A DNA stretch of 64,000 nucleotides from Takakia lepidozioides. Its lineage: Eukaryota > Plantae > Bryophyta. A program made the translations under genes and the position numbers. Of this stretch, positions 50,830 through 61,489 are shown piece after piece. Where the stretch lies: positions 29,016,001-29,080,000 of the forward strand of contig CM060734.1 of assembly GCA_030704615.1 (NCBI GenBank), in the 5' to 3' direction. Numbering within the stretch: position 1 is the first letter of the stretch; every line of letters starts with the position of its first letter. Below the pieces are notes generated by a model, which had not been told where the DNA came from, made no database searches, and worked only from the letters and a program-made list of their open reading frames with translations.

Positions 50830-51800
50830 GCAGTATCCGGATGAAGGCATTTGTCTTCTGGACTTGTTTGGCGGGATCAGCACCGGATTGGCTGCTGTGT
50901 TACAAGCAGGTGTACGAGTTCGGCGTTACCTGTATGTGGAGAGGGATGAGACTGCACGACGCGTTTCACTTCGCCATGTTGCTCAGTTGGTGCAGCGGTA
51001 CCCTGAATTGTTGTCGGTGTCTGCAATTCGTGGATATCAGCAGGCCTTGCCAGCAGACATTTCGTTGCTGGGGGCGCAGGATTTGGAGCGGGTTGGCTCC
51101 ATTGATCTAGTAGTGGCAGGTTGGCCCTACCAAGGGCATTCATCAGCCGGGCATGGCAATGGATTGCGAGACTCGAGGTCGGGTCTGTTTTGGGAGATGG
51201 TGCGGGTTTTGCGCCACTTGCAGCTTCATCAAGCTGTATCTCCAGCATACATCTTGGAGAATGTGCCACTGATGGGCGATTCTCGGGCCAGGGTGATGGC
51301 CAGTGTGCATCAAGTCCGGTTGTGGCTTGGGTCAGCAGTGTTGCTGGATGTAGCTACAGTGGGGTCACGGGCTCATCGTCCACGGCTATGGTGGACCAAC
51401 TTGATGCCACCCGCATTGCTCAAGCGTGCATTTGATGGGGTGCAGCAGTTAGCACATCTCACAGTGGATAACATTCTGGACACAGGGAGGCAGTCTCAGC
51501 GTGTGAGACACGATGACCGTTCGCCTTTGGCAGTGGTCAACAAGGTGGGTCAACCACGAGCAGCATTACCTACACTGCTCAGCTTCCCAGGATCGCATGC
51601 TTTCCGGGATAATGGACCTGGCCTCCTGTGGGATGCTCAGTTGCAGCAGTTAGTGGAGCCTAATGCTGACGAGCGTGAGCGGGCAATGGGTTTTACCACA
51701 GGAACCACGGCGGTGTCGTCTCTTTCTGAGGCATCACGTCGTCAAGTGTTGGGGCAAGCAATGGATCTCAATTGCTTGACCTGGATTATCAGCTTGGCTC
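50830..51800 (+). CDS. C5 cytosine DNA methyltransferase domain within Pol (catalytic Cys replaced by Tyr in this copy)
   Basis: Motif I LDLFGGISTG, II YVERD, III ADI, IV AGWPYQGHS, VI ILENV, VIII RAHRPRLWWTN, IX ERERAMGF, X RRQVLGQAM. Confidence 0.92.
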
Positions 51801-52255
51801 TGGCTGAGCAACGCAGAGTGCGGAGTACACTTCCCTCAATGGTCTCTCTGCCTACCGAGACGGTACATGCAGTGAGTGGGGGCGAGCATGTGAGGACCAC
51901 GGGGTGCATGCATCCATGGCACACATGGGAGGTGCTCGAGGTTCAGAGAGAGTTGGCAGCCAAGGCGGCTGTGATGGATGGGGTTGGGGATTCTTCTCGG
52001 GTGGAGGAGGTCCTCAAGGATGAGATGATGGGGCAGGATGAGGCCTTGTCATTGACTGAGCAGGCAGGGAGTACTGCTCAAGAGGTTGCAACATAGCAAC
52101 CACTCGACGCGTCCTCTACCTCTAAGCCCACTGGACTTAAGGTTGCAGTTACGGAGGACAATTGGGAGCCTGACATTGGACCCATTGTCACCGGAGGAGA
52201 GAGACAACGTATACGGCGGTTCCTGAGGGCTTACAGGAATTGCTTTGCCTTCAGT

Positions 52256-53590
52256 TTGAAGGACTTGGGAGCATTGAAGGGTCAAGAGATCCGTATTGAG
52301 TTGGCCACTGACACGCCAATCTTTCGGAGACCCTATAGATACAGTGACATGGAGAGGTCTTTGATTCAGATGAGGACTCAAGATCTCTGGGAGGCATGTT
52401 TGGTGGAGCTCTCTGGTGGAGAGTATGCTTCAGCCACAGTGATGCCAGCCAAGAAGGATGTCTATGGCAATTGGACGGAGAGACGTATGTGCGGTGATTA
52501 CCGGCCTGTAAATCGTCAGACCAAGTTCGATAAGTATGCCATGCCAACACCAGAGGAGATCTTTGATGCCATCGGGCATGCTAAGGCCTTTAGCACTTTG
52601 GATTTACGATCCGGATATTACCAGTTGCCAATCAAGGAGGCGGACAAGCAGAAGACGACATTCTGGGGGATCAATGAGCACGGCAAGGATTGCCTATATC
52701 AGTGGCGGTTCTTACCATTTGGGCTTAAGAATGCTCTTGCAGAGTTTCAGAGAGTCATGGATAGGATTCTAGCAGGGGTGGACTTTGCTCGGTGCTACAT
52801 AGATGACATCATCATCTTTAGTGTTACGATGGAGGAGCATGAGAGACACCTTCAGGTGGTATTGGAGCGCTTGAGAGCGCACGGATTGAAGTTGCATCCG
52901 GGGAAGTGCAAGTTTTTCCACAACCAGATTGAGTATCTGGGTCACATGATATATCCTGGAGGATTGGGGGTACAGCAGACTAAGGTAGAGGCCATTGCAC
53001 AAATTCCACGCCCCACGGATGTGAGCCGAGTTTGAGCTTTCATGGGGTTGGCAAACTATTATAGACGGTTTGTCAAGGGATTTAGTACCATTGCAAAGGC
53101 TCTAACCAAGCTGACCAAGGTGGACCAGGAGTGGCAGTGGGAAGATGAGCAGAACGAGCTTTTCAAGAGCTCAAGGCGAGGTTGACCTCGGCGCCTATCC
53201 TGAGACGACCTATCAGGGGGCGTCCCTTTCAGCTGCATACGGATTGGAGCATGCTGGGGCTTGGAGCGGTGCTCACACAGGTGGATGATGAGGGAAGAGA
53301 GTTCGTAGTGGCTTATGCTAGCCGCTCGAACAACGCTGCAGAGGCTAAGTACAGCTCATATGAGGGAGAGTGCTTAGCTACAGTGTGGGCCGTGGCACAC
53401 TTCAGGTGCTATCTATACGACAATCTTTTCACCCTTGTCACGGATCACCAGCCACTCAAGTGGTTGATGGAGTCAGACAAGCTTACGGGGAAGCTTGCAC
53501 GGTGGGCACTCATACTCCAGGAGTATGACTTTCAGGTTGTGCATCGACCAAGTTTGGTCAATCAAGATGCAGATGGATTGAGTCGCAATC
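52256..53590 (+). pseudogene. pol: Reverse transcriptase and RNase H (Ty3/Gypsy type) with stops and frameshift
   Basis: RMCGDYRPVN, LDLRSGYYQ, PFGLKNA, YIDD, YLGH; LHTDWS, YEGECLA, TDHQPL, DADGLSR. TGA at 53033-53035. Confidence 0.95.
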
Positions 53591-53779
53591 CATGCATGAG
53601 CCAGCAAGATGACACAGGAGCTCGGTGGCATGGTGAGACGGACGAGGAGATGGTGCCGGGATGGCACGCATCTGCATTTTTGTGTATCTTGGCATCGGGA
53701 AGTCAGGTTGGACCTACAACAGGGATGACTGTAGACGGAGTGTCTGAGGACCCTGAGGCTAGTGATGAGCCAGGTGGTG

Positions 53780-55229
53780 CCAGAGATATACACAAGGATT
53801 CGGCTGTGTTGGACTACCTCCGCACAGGAGACACGGCAGCCACTGTGACTGCCAGGGAAAGGGATCGGATCCTGCAACGAGCCAAGAGGTTCAAGTGGGA
53901 GGGGATACACCTACTTCGAGTGTGGGAGGATGGTCGGGTGAGGATTGTGCCTCACCCCACACAGCGTGCACGGTTAGTGCGGCATGCCCATGAGGAGTTG
54001 GGGCATTTTGGAGTGCGACGCACTCACAGTTTACTGCAGGGGCAGTATTGGTGGCGTGGTATGCATACAGAGGTGCAACAGTTTGTGGCTAGGTGCATGG
54101 TGTGTGACAGGGTGCGTGCTTCATTCAACGCCCCTACACCACAGTTGTATCCTTTACCTATCATGGGATTGGGCTACAGGTGGAGTCTTGACTTCGCAGG
54201 ACCGTTGCCACTGACTGTGCGCCACCACAGATATGTGTTGGTGATGGTGGAGCACTTCTCCAAGTGGATTGAGTTGGTTCCATTGCCTGACAAGGCTAGT
54301 GAGGGGCTGCATATGCATTCTTGGATCGTGTGCTTAGCCGATTTGGTGCTCCAGCTGAGGTACTCAGGGACCAAGGGAGAGAGTTCTTGGGGGAGTTTCA
54401 GGCTTTGTGTGATAAAGCCTTGATAGACCACTGCACCACTTCTCGGGATCATCCTGAGGCCGATGGCTTAGCAGAGAGAGTTGTTCAGACGGTGAAGAGG
54501 GGTTTGCGCAAGTATGGCTTGCAGAAGGGACACCTAGGAGATTGGGATCTTCAGGTTCTTTGGTTAGCCATGGGCTACAGGTTCAGCAAACAAGCATCAC
54601 TTGCCTCCTTCTCACCATATTTCCTTCTCTTTGGCCGAGAGCCGGATTTGCCTGCAGCCATTCGTAGGGACACTGCTCAAGTCCTTAACCTTGACGATCC
54701 GGACGTGTGGGTACGTGCATGTGATCAGCGTGCAGAGTTGTTCAAGAAAGTCATGCCCATGGCTTTTGAGAACCTTGCCATTGCACAGCACCGTGATACG
54801 TTGAGGTATGCCACTATACGTGGTGGAGGATATCGTCCTGGGGTTCGGAGGTTTAGCCCTGGTGACTATGTTTATTTGCAGCAGACTGCTCCTACGACTC
54901 TGGATGTTACTGCAGGGCGTGTTATTCTGAGGGTTCGAGAGGTGTTGCCCTCAGGGGTCCTGATCTTAGAGGGTCGGGATGGCATGACTTGGAAAGACCA
55001 TGTGCGTAATTGTGCGCCATGTCACCTTCCCAATGTCGATGGCAGAGTTGACCCAAACTTGGCAGTGGTACCTGCAGGTTTGAGGTGCATGCTCTGTGGG
55101 TCTGCCAAAGGGGCAGCCACCATGCTGGTGTGTGATCGATGCTCAAGGGGTTGGCATATAGGATGCTTGACACCACCTCTTGAGAAGGTTCCTAACGGAG
55201 ATTGGTTGTGTCCACACTGCTTGGGATAG
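53780..55229 (+). pseudogene. DDE integrase with C-terminal PHD finger (frameshift ~54310)
   Basis: HEELGHFG..CMVC zinc domain; SLDFAGP, DQGREF, ERVVQT; SPYFLLFGR; PHD CMLC..CDRC..WHIGCL..WLCPHC at ~55086-55220. Confidence 0.93.
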
Positions 55230-55488
55230 TGGCAGTGGACATGACTGGAGGCAGCTAACAAGACATGGGAGGCCAAGCTCATAGGAGTCAATACATGAGA
55301 TCCCAAGCTCAAGTTCACAGGTTGCAAGACGGCGACTAACGATGGGGCAACTCTTGCACCCGGCCTCTTGATCTATCGAGTTTGAGTGTAGTAGGGATAG
55401 TGGTGGAGGACTTAGTGAGGCTATGGTCACTATCACATCTTGTGGCTACCTGGACTTAGAGGGACCTAAGCACCAGCTAGGGGGGCGA

Positions 55489-56170
55489 TTGTGTGGACTA
55501 GTGACTGCCATAGTGGGCAGCATAGTGGCAGCGTAGTGACTGACTAGTTGTAGCCTAGTGGTTGGACTAGTGGCTGGACTAGTGGTAGACTAGTGGTATA
55601 CTAGTGTGGTGTGCACATGTGTTGTGTGGTTTTGGACAGCGATGTAGTTGTGTAGCGATATGTATGCGCACGACAGCTGTCAAGTTATTTTACCACTAGT
55701 GTGAAACTAGCTAGGAAATAGCTAGCTTTTACATATTGACATTTGGGATTGGCCCAAGTGTCAATCCAGGGGTCAAGGCAGATTTAGGCCCTGGAGTGGT
55801 TATCTTCACGGCAAGCGCGGGAGGCTCATCTTTCTCGAGTTGAGCCTCACCGCGCCTAGCTATGGCGCCGTAGTGTGGATTCCCCATGGCGTGGGGTGCA
55901 CTTGGCTTGACTTGTATTTGAGTGATGAGGTTATATATGCATGAGTTTATGCTTCAGCTTTGTGAGCTCGTATGAGCTTGTGCTTGTATTCTTCTTCTTT
56001 ATCATTGTGTGGACTAGTGACTGCCATAGTGGGCAGCGTAGTGGCAGCCTAGTGACTGACTAGTTGTAGCCTAGTGGTTGGACTAGTGGTAGACTAGTGT
56101 GTGGTGTGCACATGTGTTGTGTGGTTTTGGACAGCGATGTAGTTGTGTAGCGATATGTATGCACACGACA
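55489..56170 (+). repeat. 3' composite repeat B1-A2-B2 with a PPT-like tract upstream
   Basis: AGGGGGG tract at ~55479-55485 precedes B1. The B1/A2 junction reads GACA-GC-TGTC. B contains GACTAGTG microrepeats whose number differs between B1 and B2. Confidence 0.92.
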
Positions 56171-58693
56171 TTCCAAAGCAAGAGGCATTGTAACTTACGA
56201 GTTGATGTCTGCCATTGCCGCTTTGAGAAGACTGCGATCTTTGGGCCCCGCAACCTTGAGCACAACACACTCCACGGCGAAATGACAATCTAGGTCGTTG
56301 GGGTGGGCTTGGGCTATGTACTCCATCCATGCCAGGAGGCGATGATTGCCGTACCACACGTAAAACATCATTCCGGACAAGTGCTGGAAAAGAAGATCAG
56401 TAGCAATCAATCTCTCGAACTTCTCATTTTGCCTTTGCCAATGTGGACCCCATTTGTCCACCTCATTGGAAGTGTGGGCACGAGAAGCTCCGTGGTCGTT
56501 CTCCATGGAAACGTAAAACGTGGCAGACCCCATTCGATATCCCTCCCGGAAAGAGAATTTCAGCTTATCGATATCGACTAGGAGGGCAGGTCTCACCACC
56601 TGCAATGAAACCAAGCGGCAAAGGGGAATCCGAAGCTTGGGCGGGTACACCATGCCCCCCAGGACCCTGTCAATGTTGCTGTGGGTTGCCTCCAACATCT
56701 TGGCAGCGGCCAACTTCATATCCGCCTCCGACATGACGTCTGTTGCAGAGGGGTTCTCCGGCAGCCCACCCGGACCGCCAAATCCAGCCTGTATGCTCCG
56801 GGTTTGGGGCCTGGGGATGTCCGGGAGGATGTCATCCTGGTCTGAAAGCTCCCTCTCGTCGTCCTCAACATGGTCAACCACCGCCGGAAGTACCTCGAGC
56901 ACTCCCCGACTTCACCTCGAACTTCCACAATCCGTGCTCTTTGTGGTGTTCTTTCCCCTCCTCCAGTCTCCACCGTATGGGTAATTTGGTGGGCTGCTCC
57001 CACCCGCGATGGTGTAACCGGTGTGTACTGCCCGTTTGTGGTGTCTTGGAGGGATCCACTATCTTTGTGCGTCCCTCGCTTACATGGGCATCTGTCATTT
57101 CGACACCCCTGGCCTCTTCAGTGGCCTTTTCTCTTGCCTCCTGGCTAGCCTTCTGTCTCGCTTGTTCTTTTGCCCTCTCTTTTGCTCTCTCACGGGCCTT
57201 CTGTTTCTTACTAGGGGTAGCAGCAGGGGAGGCCTCCAGGACAACCACCTTTGATTGAGGCGAACTGACACCCTCGCGCGCCCTGCTCACTCCCCCCTCT
57301 GCAGCCCGTGACGGCTCTCTCGCCGGGGATTGCATGTGTTTGGCTTTCTTCTTCTTCTTTGCGTGGGCCGGCCCTACTGCATGTGCATCAACTTCCTCCA
57401 TTGCCGGATCTGCTGTCCTCATCCGACGCCCTTCACCTGCCATGCCGCCTGCACCAACCTCCCCAATGCCTATTCTGTCGTACTCTTGCTGCAGGTCCTC
57501 CCGTCCACCAACAAAAGGATTTAGTTTGCCCTCCCGCCCCAAGTTGGGCGATCCAAACATGCGATGAGTAGCGGCTTTTGGAGTGACTGCTCGAGTAGTT
57601 GGAGCTGTCGATGATACCACCAGCGTGTCGGGCTCGTCGTCACTCTGTCGTCCCCAACAATCGTGAGAACCAACATCGCAATGAAAACCACCATCGCAAC
57701 GAGCATCGCAATCACCATCGCAACAATCGTGGAACAACAATGAAAACAAACCCAAGCAATCCCTAAGAATCACATGCAGAAGCAGCCTTTTCCAGAGCTG
57801 CCGGCTTTGCACACACATTGCAAACTAAGGTTCACTCAACCAGTAACTTGCTGAAATCAACATGAAAATTTAAGGACGATTTCGATAAGACGGAAAAAGA
57901 GGGTGAAATGTTTTGAAGGCACTTATCTGCCCAGACAATCTTCTCAGCTCAGCATGGATTTCCTTAATTCTAGGATGCAACCTGTCATCTACAGCGAAAG
58001 TGTGCACCCTGTTGCAAATCTCAATGCAGCAACGACCTGGCTCTAACCCCTCTGACCTTCATCATTCTTCTCACCAACTCCTGCTTTTGCAACGACCTGG
58101 CTCTTTTCTAACCCCTCGGACCTTGATCATTCATCTCACCAACTTGTGCTTTTGCGATGCAACCATGCACTTCCAGGGCTGCCAGGCTGAAGATGCCAAA
58201 ACAAACAAACAAAAAGAGAGGAAGACCGCACATGTTACACAAAGCGAAAGAGGAAGGGGCTTGCTTGAGAGTGCTCGGCTTCAGTTGGCGCGGGCTGTGA
58301 GCAAGACAATGGGATCTCCTGCTGGAGCTTCAGTTTGGCCATGCAAGAGGTTGGACGTCGCTCGTAGTACAAAGCCTTCAGCTTCCGCCGCGGTCTGGGT
58401 GTGAGGTTTCTCTCAGGAGAGCCACGCCCTTCTCCACGCGGCATAAGTCCCAGCAAAAGAAAAAATCTCCCGAGGTATGCGTGCGTACATGCCTCGAATG
58501 GAACTTCATCCAAGCGTCAGGTGTCGAAGGCGTATCCGGGAAGCAAGCGCGGAATCATTGTGGAACATCCGGTTCAAAACCGACGGCGGAGAACATTTAA
58601 TGCGCAACTGCGCCATTAAATGTCGTAGGTATAGAGGTCGGCCACAGGCGCCGACAGGCCCACCCTCCCCCCGAGACTTCATCGGTCGCCCGC

Positions 58694-59230
58694 TGGATGG
58701 AAAAAACAGCGCCGAATTTTCATCCAGCGGATGAAGTAGGACGCAACATGGCCCTCCCTCCACCCGAGCCGTTCTCATCCACGAGACGCCGGATGGAAAG
58801 TCCATCCTGCAGGTAATTCGGAGCGCGGCCGGATGGGAAACCGGCGCCGAATTTCCAACCTGCAGGTAATTCGGAGCGGGGCCGGATGGAAATCCGGTGC
58901 CAAATTTCCATCCTGCAGGCAAAAAATTCCAAGTTTAGTGTGTAACCAGTCAAAAAAACGCGAAAAACTTGATGCAACGACTAAAAATTGTTGAAGAAGG
59001 GCCGATACGGGCGTATGTGGATGGAAATTCGGCGCCGTTTTTCCATCCGGGGGATGTTCTCTGTCGGCCTCTCCCCCCGATACGACTTCATCCGGCCGGC
59101 CTCGGATGGAAATTCGGTGTCATTTTTCCTGCCTGAGGCTGATCTCTGTCGGCCTGGTGTCGCCTCTCCCCTCGAGACGACTTCATCCGAACGGCCTCGG
59201 ATGGAAATTCGGCGCCGTTTTTCCATCCGG
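58694..59230. repeat. Upstream cluster of GGATGGAAATTCGGCGCCGTTTTTCCATCC-type palindromes (copy-3 motif)
   Basis: About six sites (~58695, 58831, 58884, 59019, 59104, 59199) sharing the core of the 146-bp intronic repeat. Confidence 0.85.
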
Positions 59231-59613
59231 GTGATGTTCTCTGGCAGGCTCGTGGGGCCGTCACCCTCTGATTTGACGCCATGTCGAATTAAATGTTGCC
59301 CCTCATTCCTAGGTACGGTTATATTAAATGTTGCTCTTTTCTTTGCCACTTGCCCGACCTTCGCTCGTGATACACGCGTTTCAAACTGAGACAGCAACAA
59401 CACTTCCTCGCTCCGAGCTCCTCTCACTTCAGCTTCCCCACACTCCCCCCTCCCTGCGCACCCTGTCTTCTTCCTGGCAGCCCTTTCAATAGTCGGCGAT
59501 GGCGTATCGGGATCCCAGCGACTGCCCAAACAAGCATCTCACCCCGTGGGACTTCTCACCCAAGTTAGGGGATATTTTCATATACCTGCAGGATTGGATA
59601 GACCACTCTCAGG

Positions 59614-60582
59614 GTGCACTTGTCCGTTCTTGAGTACATTCCTGGCTTCCACGATCAGCCTCTCGGGGACGGGCTTGCGCGGCTTTGGTGCTTGCGAATC
59701 GTTGATCTGCAGTATCCGCCTGCATGGAACATCCCCAAAAACCGCACGGCCTTACTACATCATTGGAGGTGCTGCCAGTGTGCCTACGAGGATTGCATCG
59801 GGTGTATGTACATGCCAGAGAGGATTCCATCCCAAACAGTGTATGGGGACATTCTCATAAGCTATGAGGATGAGTCCTATGGACACAGTCTCTCCACAGC
59901 AAAGATCTCGATTTACGATGGTGCATATATCGGAGGACATGACACCGTTGTCCACTACACCAAAGGCGAACGGGCTGCATCCTTTGTCTTCACCTACCGA
60001 CACCCTGTCAGTCATGAGCTTGTTGAGAGGCCAATCAAGGTTCCAACTTCTTGGTGAGGATAGTGCAACACGGGAAAAAATTCCCAACTTACCTGAGCAT
60101 GGATGACATGCATACTTTTGGCTTCCCTCGGCTTGTGAGGGCATGCATACTTGTCACAGTTCATTATTAATAAAAATGCCTCCGGGGAGCCCACTCTCCC
60201 GAAAATCCACTGTCAGAGAGTTAATGAACCTTGTCTGCGGAATGTGGCCCCTGGCGCTCGGAAAAATCGGCCCTGCATTCCTTCCCCTCGCTGCATCTCC
60301 CTTCTCCCAGGGCGCTTCTCCGAACGCCGTCCTGGCACTCTTGTGTGCACATCTCCCATGGCAGAAAACCCGAGCGCTATAGTGTACTGCCCTCCTCACG
60401 AACATAGAGCTACATTTCCGTGCAGAGGGGACATCTGCTGGGTGATGGAGAAATATCTCTGCGTTCGATACCACCTAAAATCGGGGTCGGTATTTTTGGA
60501 GGAGGAAATGAAGGATTCAAACGGAGTTGTAGTCGAAAGTATTGTTGTGCTCCACGATGATTTCGGCGACAGCAGGGAATGA
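59614..60582 (+). CDS. Orphan ORFs of unknown function (147 aa and 143 aa)
   Basis: Protein-like, Cys-containing ORFs with no recognised domain. Confidence 0.3.
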
Positions 60583-60639
60583 CGAGTTCCACCATCGGAC
60601 AGCGTCATATACAGGGCTATTGGGGACTTCATTTGCCCG

Positions 60640-61489
60640 CTCTCTCTCCCTCTTTTCCCTCATCTCTCCCTCTGTGTCCCTCTGTCCCATCAGGATGTGG
60701 AGAGAGAGGGACTGTTCAGGGGCAAAAAAAAAAAAAAAAACGGTGGGGGGGGGGGGGTGACTGAATTTTCCCCCCTCAACAGTCTCTCCCTCTCCCTCTC
60801 TCCCTCGCTGCCTCTCTCCCTCTCTCCCTCTCTCTCCCTCTGTCCCATCAGGATGTGGAGAGAGAGGGAGAGAGGGAGAGAGAGGGAGTGATGAGGGGGA
60901 AAAAAAAAGGGTGGGGGGGGGCTGCTGCTCACCCCCCCACTTTTTTTTTTTTTTTTCTCTCTCTCATTTCTCCCTCTCTCTCCCTCTCTCTCCCTCTTTT
61001 CCCTCATTTGTCCCTCTGTCCCATCAAGATGTGGAGAGAGAGGGAGAGAGGGAGAAAGAGGGAGTGATGAGGGAAAAAAAAATAAAAAAAGAAGGGGAGG
61101 GGGGGGGGGGGGGGGTGTGACTGAGGAGCAGCTGCTGAGTCACCCCCCACCTTCTTTTTTATTTTCTTTCCCTCATCTCTCCCTCAGTCCCATCAAGATG
61201 TGGGGAGAGAGGGAGGGAGGGAGAAAGAGGGAGTGAGGGAGTGAGGAGGGAAAATAAAAATAAAAAAGAAGGTGGAGGGGGGGGGGGGGGGGGGTGACTG
61301 AGTAGCAACTGCTCAGTCACCCCCCCCCCCCCCCCCCACCTTCTTTTTCATTTTTTTCCCTCGTCTCTCCCTCTCTCTCGCTCTCTCGCTCTCTCGCTCT
61401 CTCTCCCTCTGTCCCATCAGGATGTGGAGAGAGAGGGAGAGAGAGGGAAAAAAAATAAAAAAATAAGGTGGGGAGGGGGAGTGACTCAC
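60640..61489. repeat. Purine/pyrimidine-rich repeat block with TGTCCCATCAGGATGTGG and GTGACTGAG..CTCAGTCAC modules (likely intron)
   Basis: A GTGAGT donor at 61489 (- strand) follows the transposase exon; repeated modules lie downstream. Confidence 0.6.

Larger units (their letters stand above)
45117..56170 (+). mobile_element. Ty3/Gypsy-type retrotransposon with split direct repeats, C5-DNMT and PHD-integrase
   Basis: TGTC...GACA termini; TTCC TSD (45113-45116, 56171-56174); domain order gag-PR-DNMT-RT-RH-IN-PHD; repeats A1 45117-45443, B1 55489-55675, A2 55678-56004, B2 56005-56170. Confidence 0.93.
40877..57650 (-). pseudogene. ParB-like / amino-MTase-like gene copy 3, interrupted by the Gypsy element in an intron
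   Basis: Basic N-terminus (56874-57650), ParB exon 56199-56902 (FYVWYGNHRLLAW), intron 45021-56198, exons ~44830-45020, ~44230-44715, 43922-44135 and ~42250-43087, MTase exons 41614-42253 (CDMILLDIPDG...KPWR..PAFIQTLMETCS..RILGLTCGTG), terminal exon ~40880-41200. Frameshifts present. Confidence 0.82.

Noticed and set aside
45117-56170. Classification as a DIRS/Ngaro/PAT element because of the split repeats and methyltransferase
   Set aside because: It encodes a protease and a DDE integrase, no tyrosine recombinase, and has TG..CA ends with a TSD. Its MTase is C5-type.
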